A DNA stretch of 20,000 nt from an uncultured virus (IMG/VR IMGVR_UViG_3300044657_000873) (IMGVR_UViG_3300044657_000873); one strand, 5' to 3'. Positions 7,241 to 15,041 are shown, counted from the stretch's first letter. Program-made: numbers and translations. The notes: a model not told the origin generated them from the sequence alone.

Positions 7241-7927
7241 TCAATTCCTAATTATTCCTGAATTCTCCCAAGCCTCAATGGTGTGCTTGAATGGTTCGCC
7301 CTCAATATCTCGCACTAACTGAAGCATCTGATCTGCGATTTCTCTGACCTCAAGCTGGGCGTGTGGAGAGCGTCTTAGCTTGACAAAGTTAGCAAAACTT
7401 CTCATATTGAACATAATGTCAGCCTGAATTTGACTATTATAAGTCTTGAAGAATCTCGCTGACTCTTTTGCTCTCTTGCGTCCCAATACTGGTTCAAGGT
7501 CTGCCAAGCAAGCATGATATAATCTATTACCTTCTTCTGTATATTCTGCCAGCCTTTGATGCCAGTCGTCAGATGGTGTATTTAAAGCCTCTCCATTATC
7601 TGAAATTCGGATGCCTTTCCAATCTTGCGGTAGGTAGTACTTATCTTCCTTCAATTCTTTATACCTAGCAGACTCTCCGTTAAAACTGCTCATGCGGTGT
7701 TTTAGCAGATGGATGTGCGTAGCCTGATCTACATTTACTAGGAAGTGAACGATAGCCTTCTCGAATGGAGTTTCGTGTCCGTTGACCCAAAGCGTCTCGA
7801 TCATAGCTGGGATTCTTGCTCTCTTTTCGTCCGTCAAATTTCTACTAGTGCTTGTCCAAGCTGAACACGCAATAGTTTCATCGTCGCCGTAAAATCCAAG
7901 CAATTCTACTTTATTTTCAGTTTTCAC
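7241..7927 (-). CDS. thyX: FAD-dependent thymidylate synthase
   Basis: GHETPFE; (R/K)HR-x7-S motif KHRMSSFNGESARY; AKESARF; NMRSFANFVKLR..PHAQLEVR. GTG start. Confidence 0.93.
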   Translation of the reverse strand: MKTENKVELLGFYGDDETIACSAWTSTSRNLTDEKRARIPAMIETLWVNGHETPFEKAIVHFLVNVDQATHIHLLKHRMSSFNGESARYKELKEDKYYLPQDWKGIRISDNGEALNTPSDDWHQRLAEYTEEGNRLYHACLADLEPVLGRKRAKESARFFKTYNSQIQADIMFNMRSFANFVKLRRSPHAQLEVREIADQMLQLVRDIEGEPFKHTIEAWENSGIIRN

Positions 7928-8100
7928 TTAATATTCCTTCGATATCTTCGGTGAGATGGATATAGTGGGTCAGGTGCGGTACTTCCAGCGAGATTCGTTT
8001 TTCTCCACTGAGGCTCGTCACGCCAACCGTCATTACTCGCGTCCACTTCATCGCCCTCTTGGATGAGTTCGTCTTTTTTGAGATAGTAATATTTAGTCAT
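7924..8100 (-). CDS. Hypothetical protein (58 aa)
   Basis: Manual translation MTKYYYLKKDELIQEGDEVDASNDGWRDEPQWRKTNLAGSTAPDPLYPSHRRYRRNIK*. Four-nt overlaps on both ends (ATGA, GTGA). Confidence 0.7.
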   Translation of the reverse strand: MTKYYYLKKDELIQEGDEVDASNDGWRDEPQWRKTNLAGSTAPDPLYPSHRRYRRNIK

Positions 8101-8312
8101 TTAGCTCTCCAGTTTAGAAGGTGGCATACTAAAAATCCGTTAACGGAACCAACCAGATACATAAGCAAAGGATGCGTCTCAAATGACCAGTGATTCAGTA
8201 CCGCACTTACTGTATAATCATCTCCCCATTGATACAACGCAAATATATCATAAAGTATTATAGACAGAACAACAATGCCCATAAGCAATACTGTTAAAGA
8301 TTTTTTATTCAT
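8097..8312 (-). CDS. Small two-TM membrane protein
   Basis: Two hydrophobic stretches; SD GGAGG. Confidence 0.7.
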   Translation of the reverse strand: MNKKSLTVLLMGIVVLSIILYDIFALYQWGDDYTVSAVLNHWSFETHPLLMYLVGSVNGFLVCHLLNWRAK

Positions 8313-9252
8313 TGGTTAACAATCCTCCAACCTCTATGGGCAGAGGACAATCTTGCGAAAGGCGGATCATTTCACGAATAGCAGCATCCTTGTTTTTTAA
8401 TTCGACATCATAATCTGCGTCAACAAGCGAGCTAATTAGTGGAACAAAGGTTGGCATATCTGCGTGGCATCTTGGATTGGGCTTGTCAGGATGACTCTCT
8501 GACAAGTGGAATACAGGCTTGATGCCGTTCCAAGTTGACTCGCAAAGCAATGCGGCATCTAGCTCTGACAGACTGGAAGGATTACACTGGTTATGTAGAT
8601 TATCAAAGATTACGGGAATGTCAAAGTGTTCGCACAGGTTTTCTGCGTTCCAGCATCCACGATCTTCTGTCTCTACAGCAAGGCGACTGACAACACTCTG
8701 ATCGCACTTTTTTAAGTTAGACATGAAGCGAGCAGCAATATCGGCAGGATCGCCTTTAGAGTTATTAACGTGCAGGCACATTACATTGTAGTAGTTACGC
8801 TCGCAACCCAGCATGTCCATAACCCAGCCGTGATGGTTGAGTTCTGCGATGGACTTATCTATAGCATCTTGATTCTCACTAGCAAGGACTACAAACTGCG
8901 AAGGGTGTGTGGACAAACGAACCTGCCATGTCTCGTTGTAGTACACAGTGTTACGAAATTCCTCCACGATCTGCTCGTACTGAGGCACATTCTGTACGCT
9001 ATACTCAAACTCTGGATGAGTAAGACAAGGGAATAGTGAGGACGACACACGATAGCCCCAACCGTTGTCTGAGCAGTGTTCTATGCACAGGCGGGTAACT
9101 TCTATGTTGTTGAGCCAACGCTGGCCTAGCTGATCTAGTGCGTACTCTGCTCCATGCTGATCACGCAGTTGATCAAACCGTTTCCAAGTCATAGTCTGGA
9201 ACTGGTAGCCTTGCTCTTTGAGTTCGTTACTGATACAGCATAAGTTATACAA
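8305..9252 (-). CDS. uvsE: UV DNA damage endonuclease (UvsE/UVDE family)
   Basis: YRVSSSLFP, RLSTHPSQFVVLAS, RLAVETED, PVIFDNLHNQCN, PVFHLSES, HAD and DVELKNKD match UVDE motifs. Confidence 0.9.
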   Translation of the reverse strand: MYNLCCISNELKEQGYQFQTMTWKRFDQLRDQHGAEYALDQLGQRWLNNIEVTRLCIEHCSDNGWGYRVSSSLFPCLTHPEFEYSVQNVPQYEQIVEEFRNTVYYNETWQVRLSTHPSQFVVLASENQDAIDKSIAELNHHGWVMDMLGCERNYYNVMCLHVNNSKGDPADIAARFMSNLKKCDQSVVSRLAVETEDRGCWNAENLCEHFDIPVIFDNLHNQCNPSSLSELDAALLCESTWNGIKPVFHLSESHPDKPNPRCHADMPTFVPLISSLVDADYDVELKNKDAAIREMIRLSQDCPLPIEVGGLLTNE

Positions 9253-9285
9253 TTGAAATCCTTGGTTAAGTGTGATTGACTACCT

Positions 9286-9314
9286 ATTATAGTCTACGAA
9301 TCGTCATTTGTCAA
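9286..9314 (-). promoter_or_regulatory. sigma70-type promoter for the uvsE/thyX cluster
   Basis: TTGACA-17 nt-TATAAT. Confidence 0.85.
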
Positions 9315-9343
9315 GCGTTAACTTTAATATTTCTTTAGATTAT

Positions 9344-9504
9344 TGCGTACCGACCCCACATTATACCTGTGAAGAAGTAATAAAGCCTTCACCAAGTAAT
9401 TAAGTAGCGTTAATAGACGGTATCTTACGAGCTAGTATATTTTCAATGCTGGATAATTTCTGTGTTTCTTCACAGGACTATGTTGACAGTGGTGGGTCAG
9501 AGCA
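9344..9504 (-). ncRNA. Candidate 6S-RNA-like long hairpin with central bubble
   Basis: Perfect 11-bp pairing CCTGTGAAGAA/TTCTTCACAGG (9466-9476 with 9366-9376), outer CTGACCC/GGGTCGG, a 13 x 15 nt internal bubble, then short inner helices. Confidence 0.4.
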
Positions 9505-9656
9505 TAGATTTTTAATCTTTTGCGATACCTTGGAGTGGTCGTACACTCCGCTGCAATCTATTGTCTCATAATGGGTAAGAAAGCAAAACTTCACCCAATA
9601 ACTTTTTTATACAAATTCTTACGAGACTGTGGCACTGGGCTACCATTACCACAAAG

Positions 9657-9730
9657 TAGGAATGGCGGGATTCGAACCCGCACTTGACGAGGCTTAAACT
9701 CGTTGTCTCTGCCAGTTGGACTATATTCCC
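9657..9730 (-). tRNA. tRNA-Leu(TAA) with short variable loop
   Basis: GGGAATA...; anticodon arm ACGAG-TTTAAGC-CTCGT; T arm GCGGG-TTCGAAT-CCCGC; discriminator A; no encoded CCA. Confidence 0.85.
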
Positions 9731-9810
9731 AAAAGTGTCTATACTAATATTCTGATTTAAGTTTAGAAGATTTTATTTCCTTATGTCAGTCAGTAGTTGA
9801 TAATTTTAAG

Positions 9811-9882
9811 TAGCTCTATTCCGATTCGAACGGAAATCAACTCTTTAGAAGAGAGTTATGTTATCCCTTACACCATAGAGCC
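9811..9882 (-). tRNA. tRNA-Arg(TCT)
   Basis: Acceptor GGCTCTA/TAGAGCT; anticodon arm ACTCT-CTTCTAA-AGAGT; T arm TTCCG-TTCGAAT-CGGAA. Confidence 0.9.
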
Positions 9883-9887
9883 ATAAG

Positions 9888-9931
9888 TAGACTGGGAGGG
9901 AATTGCACCCCCGTAAGCTCTACGAGCTACA
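9888..9931 (-). pseudogene. Orphan tRNA-like 3' half (variable-arm hairpin, T arm, acceptor strand)
   Basis: AGCTC-GTA-GAGCT hairpin, then GGGGG-TGCAATT-CCCTC, then CCAGTCT-A. No 5' half fits between it and the upstream tRNA. Confidence 0.5.
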
Positions 9932-9936
9932 TCAAA

Positions 9937-10011
9937 TGGGGTTGCTCGGATTCGAACCGAGAACATCATCCGTTATGAGCGGAGTCCTCTAACCAATTGA
10001 GGTACAACCCC
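9937..10011 (-). tRNA. tRNA with CAT anticodon (probably Ile2; elongator Met not excluded)
   Basis: Acceptor GGGGTTG/CAACCCC; D arm CCTC/GAGG; anticodon loop CTCATAA; T arm CTCGG-TTCGAAT-CCGAG. Lacks initiator features. Confidence 0.9.
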
Positions 10012-10049
10012 GAAAATGCAGATAAAATGATATCTATACGTTATAAACT

Positions 10050-10078
10050 ATTATAGTCTACAAACTTCGGTTATGCAA
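10050..10078 (-). promoter_or_regulatory. sigma70-type promoter upstream of the tRNA cluster
   Basis: TTGCAT-17 nt-TATAAT, with the same GTAGAC pre--10 sequence as the promoters at 1074 and 9286. Confidence 0.6.
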
Positions 10079-10133
10079 CCAAATTATTCATAATCAGTCT
10101 CTCTCAAGCGTGATTAGTGTGTTGCACCCTATT

Positions 10134-10161
10134 ATTATAGCATAGTATCGGCAAATGTCAA
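10134..10161 (-). promoter_or_regulatory. sigma70-type promoter upstream of the tRNA cluster
   Basis: TTGACA-16 nt-TATAAT. Confidence 0.75.
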
Positions 10162-10182
10162 AGGGTAACTTTAGAAAAATCC

Positions 10183-10214
10183 AAAAAAAGGCCAGAATCT
10201 TTCGACCCTGACCT
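10183..10214 (-). terminator. Rho-independent terminator
   Basis: AGGTCAGGGTC-GAAA-GATTCTGGCCT followed by a T run. Confidence 0.85.
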
Positions 10215-10244
10215 ATTAAAGATAATTTAGTGCTAGAACTTTAG

Positions 10245-10652
10245 TCAATACAGCGTAATAGACTGATGACTCTCTAGTGAACGGTACAGAGGAGGCACCA
10301 TACGCTTAGGATCGCTCGCTGGAGCCTTTTTAATTTTAGGTACATATAGATGTACTCTTTTTAAAACGGGTGGCTTATAGTGCCACTCAGCAGGCTTATA
10401 GATCCATACCTGTGGTTCAGGCAGACACATCTTTGCTTTAAACGGTGCTGACAAAATCATACCTGCACCATGAGCAGTTCTACACGTTGCATCTTTTATA
10501 TAACATTCAACACCCCTGAATACATCACAGGGCGAAAGGCATCTAAATTCAACAACCTTGCTAGGCTTTGAACATGAACAGTCCTGTGCTTGAACATCGT
10601 TACTCACAACACATCCAGCTAAGATGGCGACCACCATCAAAATTACTTTCAT
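10245..10652 (-). CDS. Secreted Cys-rich hypothetical protein
   Basis: Signal-peptide-like N-terminus ending ...VQAQ; SD GGGAG. Confidence 0.65.
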   Translation of the reverse strand: MKVILMVVAILAGCVVSNDVQAQDCSCSKPSKVVEFRCLSPCDVFRGVECYIKDATCRTAHGAGMILSAPFKAKMCLPEPQVWIYKPAEWHYKPPVLKRVHLYVPKIKKAPASDPKRMVPPLYRSLESHQSITLY

Positions 10653-10764
10653 TTATTTCTCCCAAAAATTTTTAAACCATAAGATTTAGATTCACGACTT
10701 GTGTCTCTAAAGATTCCTCGACTAGTAGTTCTTTTACGTTCCTCCTTGATTAAAACAGGTTCAC

Positions 10765-10896
10765 TTACTCAACAAACTCTTCATAAAGTTTTTCGACATT
10801 TACCGCATCTTCCTGATCTGGTAAAGGTGCTTCAACTATTTCTTCCAATGGCAAAGGTGGTAGACTTGATTTGCCTTCTTCGGCAAAGACAGTCAC
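10765..10896 (-). CDS. Possible 43-aa acidic peptide
   Basis: GTG start with a GAGGGG SD; translation (M)TVFAEEGKSSLPPLPLEEIVEAPLPDQEDAVNVEKLYEEFVE*. Confidence 0.4.
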   Translation of the reverse strand: MTVFAEEGKSSLPPLPLEEIVEAPLPDQEDAVNVEKLYEEFVE

Positions 10897-10922
10897 CTCT
10901 GCTTCCCCTCAATAACTTGTAT

Positions 10923-11327
10923 TTAATTTTCTGTGTAAAATCTCCAAAACAATTCCAGAGGTGGTGCAAAATAATCGGTCTCTCCACAAAAACTTCCTGA
11001 AGGTGTGTAAAAGGTTAGATAATAAAAGAGTAAGGACTGAAAGATGAATACTGGTATTATCACAACCCTATACTTTGTGAAACTTAAAACACACATCAGC
11101 AAAACAGCCAGAATAGTTGTGACCGCTTTGATATAAACCAAACCCACAACACCAATATGGTCTATGATTTTAGATGCCATAGGATTTTGTTCATTTACTG
11201 GCAAGGTTTCCATGAAAACTACGCTCAGTACGTTGTCATAGACAGAAATCAATCCGGCAGCAAAAGACATTAACAAAAACAAAAAGGCTTTACAAGGCTT
11301 AAACATGGAAATAGCTCCCAAGAGCAA
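10923..11327 (-). CDS. Membrane protein, DUF5658-like (start possibly 11306)
   Basis: About three hydrophobic helices with a D...EQNP...K pattern. Confidence 0.6.
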   Translation of the reverse strand: MLLGAISMFKPCKAFLFLLMSFAAGLISVYDNVLSVVFMETLPVNEQNPMASKIIDHIGVVGLVYIKAVTTILAVLLMCVLSFTKYRVVIIPVFIFQSLLFYYLTFYTPSGSFCGETDYFAPPLELFWRFYTEN

Positions 11328-11384
11328 GATACGCGACTCCTAACAATATCCACGTTCCCACTCCATTATACACTATTCCCAGTC

Positions 11385-11603
11385 CTACTCTTCTAAAGTC
11401 TTCTCATCAAAAAATACAAGGTCTTCACCATCTTCTAATAAATAGCTGTAAGGGGAGTAGTCTTCTTTTGATTTTCTGAACGCCTGCAATTCGTAGTAGG
11501 TTGTATCAAATGCGTTTTCCATCAACTTCTGTTGAATCTGTGTTCGCTCACTCTTCATAACGCAATCCCCATTCAATATCAGACATTTGTTCTTGTCTTG
11601 CAC
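11385..11603 (-). CDS. Hypothetical protein (alternative start ATG 11558)
   Basis: 72-aa ORF; SD AGGAG before the GTG, and GGGGA before the internal ATG. Confidence 0.55.
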   Translation of the reverse strand: MQDKNKCLILNGDCVMKSERTQIQQKLMENAFDTTYYELQAFRKSKEDYSPYSYLLEDGEDLVFFDEKTLEE

Positions 11604-11622
11604 AACAAAGTCTCCTAGAAAG

Positions 11623-11652
11623 AAAAAAAGGGGCAGAGCGAATCATACCCCT
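11623..11652 (-). terminator. Rho-independent terminator after rIIB
   Basis: GGGTA...TGCCC stem plus T8, preceded by a second hairpin (AAAGAGGTT...AACCTCTTT, 11653-11699). Confidence 0.65.
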
Positions 11653-11715
11653 AAAGAGGTTCTGGGAAATAAACCGTAGTTTTAACCAAAAACCTCTTTG
11701 TCTAACCAACCACGA

Positions 11716-12540
11716 TTAGAAGCCTACCTCTGATTCGTAAAACTCTAATTCATCATCGTCATCGTAATTCTCATAAACCGCTTCTTCAAGTTGTTCACGG
11801 GCGATAGCGATGACTTCGTACTCCGACACTCGCATCTTCTGACAGCTACAGTCAGATGGGACACTGACAATATCTTTTGGGTTAAACTTTACCAAGACAA
11901 CAACGCCAGCGTTTCCTGCCCAATCGCAAGCGTACTCGTAAGTACCGACATGCAGACCACCAGCACAAGATTGTCTATGGTCATCACAAACTTGTCGTCG
12001 TTTCATACCGCACTTGTCACCGACATTATTACGGAATGTTTTGCCAGTATAAATGTCAACTAGGTCTCCTTCGTTAAGTTCACCATTCTTGACATCAATA
12101 GTATCGCCACGATAAGATCGAACACCTTTGTAGCCAACCATCATACCATCATCAGTAATCGGCAGACCCTTGTGGCTTGACCAATTGTAGGATTCCTGAA
12201 CCGCACGTTCGCTCACGTTATCATAAAGATTTGTCAAATAGTTAAGCATGGGCTGATGAGGAAAACCTTGCTGGATCATCTCAATGACCCGACTGGTAGG
12301 TTGATTGGCAACCTGCTCGCCCTCAAAGTGCAAGAACCCATCACGAAACTCAAAGCTACCCTCTGACCAGTTCTCGATCTCGCTACCAGTATTGATTAGA
12401 CGAACAAACTCGTCAGAGTCACCAACATGTACGCACTCTACAAGACCAGTGTACTGCGGGTGGGTATGGTCAAACATATGAGGCTGACCATTAAAAACTA
12501 CAGTCCAGTGATTGTCGTTAGATTTAGTGTGAATAAGCAT
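11716..12540 (-). CDS. rIIB: rIIB-like protein
   Basis: LPITDDGMMVGYKGV, CAGGLHVG and VKFNPKDIVSVPSDCSCQKMRVSEYEV are typical of the rIIB C-terminal domain; lies downstream of rIIA. Confidence 0.85.
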   Translation of the reverse strand: MLIHTKSNDNHWTVVFNGQPHMFDHTHPQYTGLVECVHVGDSDEFVRLINTGSEIENWSEGSFEFRDGFLHFEGEQVANQPTSRVIEMIQQGFPHQPMLNYLTNLYDNVSERAVQESYNWSSHKGLPITDDGMMVGYKGVRSYRGDTIDVKNGELNEGDLVDIYTGKTFRNNVGDKCGMKRRQVCDDHRQSCAGGLHVGTYEYACDWAGNAGVVVLVKFNPKDIVSVPSDCSCQKMRVSEYEVIAIAREQLEEAVYENYDDDDELEFYESEVGF

Positions 12541-12581
12541 AATTTTCCTCGCTAAAGTAAAGTAATTGGTTCGACTATTCT

Positions 12582-12609
12582 ATTATAGTTTATTTATCGT
12601 CATTGTCAA
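12582..12609 (-). promoter_or_regulatory. sigma70-type promoter for rIIB
   Basis: TTGACA-16 nt-TATAAT. Confidence 0.8.
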
Positions 12610-12613
12610 GGGG

Positions 12614-12961
12614 TTACTTTAGATTTTTAGAAATTTCCTCACTTTCAACTCGTCCAAGGGTTTTGTCGGCAATGGTTTGCTCTTTACGATTGTAGTGTAG
12701 AAACCAAGTGTAGCCAATATAGATCCTATTACAAAACGCACCGTCAATTCTTTTCTCCATCCAGATATTGACTCGGTATCTTTCTACACCATTCTTTTCC
12801 CAGAGGAATTCATCTTTTACTTGTGTAATATTTTTTACATCTTCCCTAGTGACATTACGATCAAGGAAAACCTTTAAAATATCATTAGGGATAGTGGGCT
12901 TATGTGGTTCTTTTGGCTTAACATTATGTTTTTGTGTGTTTTTTTTGGCTTTTGTTCTCAT
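12614..12961 (-). CDS. Hypothetical protein between rIIA and rIIB
   Basis: 115-aa ORF with SD AGGAG. Confidence 0.7.
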   Translation of the reverse strand: MRTKAKKNTQKHNVKPKEPHKPTIPNDILKVFLDRNVTREDVKNITQVKDEFLWEKNGVERYRVNIWMEKRIDGAFCNRIYIGYTWFLHYNRKEQTIADKTLGRVESEEISKNLK

Positions 12962-13062
12962 GGTAATCTCCTGTGGTTGAAAGAAAAGAGGGGTGGGAAT
13001 CCAACTTCATCGGGTTATGGTTTGGACGACACCCTGAACGCCGCCTCACCCGCACACTCTTA

Positions 13063-15006
13063 TTATACTGTACACATAGGGCGGGATGTTGAGGATTTCA
13101 AAGTCCCAGAAATATATTCTGCAACAATCGCCTTGTTTGACATGATCTCAGATTTAGAAAGAATTGTCAACATTTTATGACGATCATTCCATTCGTCCAT
13201 CATTTCTTGCAGCGTGTCACACTTGGTCATCTCAACAGCAACGCCAAGACTCTTACAGATGTCTGCAACCTCAGTGTTCTCGCAGGTTTTTGCAAGCTCA
13301 ACGATCTCACGAACTTCATCATCATCATGGTCAACGTATTCGTTGATCGACTTGAACCTATCCAGATCACTACTATTGAACTCGAAAAAAGTTTTTGGTG
13401 CTTTCTTTGCGTACTCTCTCGTAAGGTAATCATCCAGATGGATAAAGTCACCCTTACGAAATGCTGCGGTCTTGAGGAAAGCAGTCTTGAGTCCAATCAA
13501 ATTGATCTCACCGATATGCTCCTTGGAAATCTTGAGTGTAGAACTGATCTGATAATTATTACCAGTAAGCCCACCACTACCACCAACAGGCTTGTTGCGA
13601 TTAATCTCAACGTACACAATCTCAGAACCATCAATCTCGATCTCTGTTTCAAGCCAGTATCCGAGATCGCTGTATCCCCAACCCACGCGATTGGAGTTGA
13701 ACCGTAAAGTTTTACACTTACTTGTTGTTCCAGAAGATACACGATGAACTTTTGGTAGATTATCCAAGTCCTTTAGCATTTCTACTGGAATGTTACACTC
13801 CAACGCTTGTGCCAAGTCCTTGAAGATATATAAGGTATGACCACTTGGCATATCTTTTAGGTATGACTTAATACGAGTCTGCATACGATCTTTGTGCAGA
13901 TAATACTCAGCATTAACATTTGCACTGATGTTTTTCGTATGATACTTCTCGCTGCCGCGATAGTTGGACTGCCAGTACGTCACCGATTCTGCTGGTTCGG
14001 GCAGTGCATAGCAATCTAGGTTGTTGCGACCCACGAAATGACCAAGGCGATGCTGGCCAAGAGTTTCTGCTAGTGCTGCCTTCTTGAACGGAGTATCCTC
14101 TGCCTCGATCTGGTCAATAGCAATCTCGCTGAGACTATCTTTTACTGACGCAAACTTAGCCTTGAGTGCTGCTTTGGTCTTGTCGGTCATCGACAGATTC
14201 TCACGAGCAGTATCAAACTCTAACTCTCCAAGGTCAAATTTTAAGTAACCGTCAACGTCGAACTCATCTAACGAATCTGGAATCTTGTAGGCGATGTTAC
14301 CCATGAGAGCATACATGCTACCCCAAGATGGAGTCAGGCCGAAGTTATCACCCTTGAAAAAGTACTTGTCACGCATCTCTTGACACTTACGAATTACATG
14401 CTGGTTGTTGATCTTTGGAATTGTTCCATCCCAAAATAAGAATACTTTTTCAGCGGCAGTCTCGAACTCGTTAACCTTACCGTTGACAGTCAACTTGACC
14501 TCAAGACCATTAGGCTCGTCAGTTGGTGCTGACCCTAGAGGTAAAACCTTTGGCACTCGCTTCTCGTCACGCATACATTGATATGTTCTGACTACTCCAT
14601 TTTTGAAACTACGAACGGTGAACGCATCGCACAAAGCGTATGGAGACAATGATCCCACACCAAATGCACCGATCAATTCATTGGTATCTCGCTTGGTGCT
14701 GACCCCAATAGCACTGTAAATATCAGCAATCTCATTGTCTGCTAGACCTGTACCGTAATCCCTGACACAGAACCAAGGTTCAAGCTGGGTAGGTAGATGA
14801 ATGTCAAACGGTACGTCCTGAGTACCAGCGACAACGTGACTATCGTGAGCATTACAGGACAATTCTCGGATGACCGCTAATTCTTTATCAGAATAGATTT
14901 TATCACTCAGCAAATCCAGAATGAACGCGACATCTCCAATAACTACGTCACGCTGCTCAAAATTGTCTGCGATCACTACGTCTTGTGGTGGGGTTTCTAA
15001 CTTCAT
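13063..15006 (-). CDS. rIIA: rIIA-like protein with N-terminal GHKL/Hsp90-like ATPase domain
   Basis: LSDKIYSDKELAVIRELSCNAHDSH, RDYGTGL, STKRDTNELIGAFGVGS, TDEPNGLEV and ARENLS. ATG 15006 has a GGAG SD. Confidence 0.9.
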   Translation of the reverse strand: MKLETPPQDVVIADNFEQRDVVIGDVAFILDLLSDKIYSDKELAVIRELSCNAHDSHVVAGTQDVPFDIHLPTQLEPWFCVRDYGTGLADNEIADIYSAIGVSTKRDTNELIGAFGVGSLSPYALCDAFTVRSFKNGVVRTYQCMRDEKRVPKVLPLGSAPTDEPNGLEVKLTVNGKVNEFETAAEKVFLFWDGTIPKINNQHVIRKCQEMRDKYFFKGDNFGLTPSWGSMYALMGNIAYKIPDSLDEFDVDGYLKFDLGELEFDTARENLSMTDKTKAALKAKFASVKDSLSEIAIDQIEAEDTPFKKAALAETLGQHRLGHFVGRNNLDCYALPEPAESVTYWQSNYRGSEKYHTKNISANVNAEYYLHKDRMQTRIKSYLKDMPSGHTLYIFKDLAQALECNIPVEMLKDLDNLPKVHRVSSGTTSKCKTLRFNSNRVGWGYSDLGYWLETEIEIDGSEIVYVEINRNKPVGGSGGLTGNNYQISSTLKISKEHIGEINLIGLKTAFLKTAAFRKGDFIHLDDYLTREYAKKAPKTFFEFNSSDLDRFKSINEYVDHDDDEVREIVELAKTCENTEVADICKSLGVAVEMTKCDTLQEMMDEWNDRHKMLTILSKSEIMSNKAIVAEYISGTLKSSTSRPMCTV

Positions 15007-15041
15007 CGTAATCTCCAAAAAAGTGGTTGGTTGTGCAGCCT

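Noticed and set aside
9888..10100. Complete tmRNA gene
   Set aside because: No matching GGGGC-type 5' end or tag reading frame could be identified; only the 3' tRNA-like part is supported.
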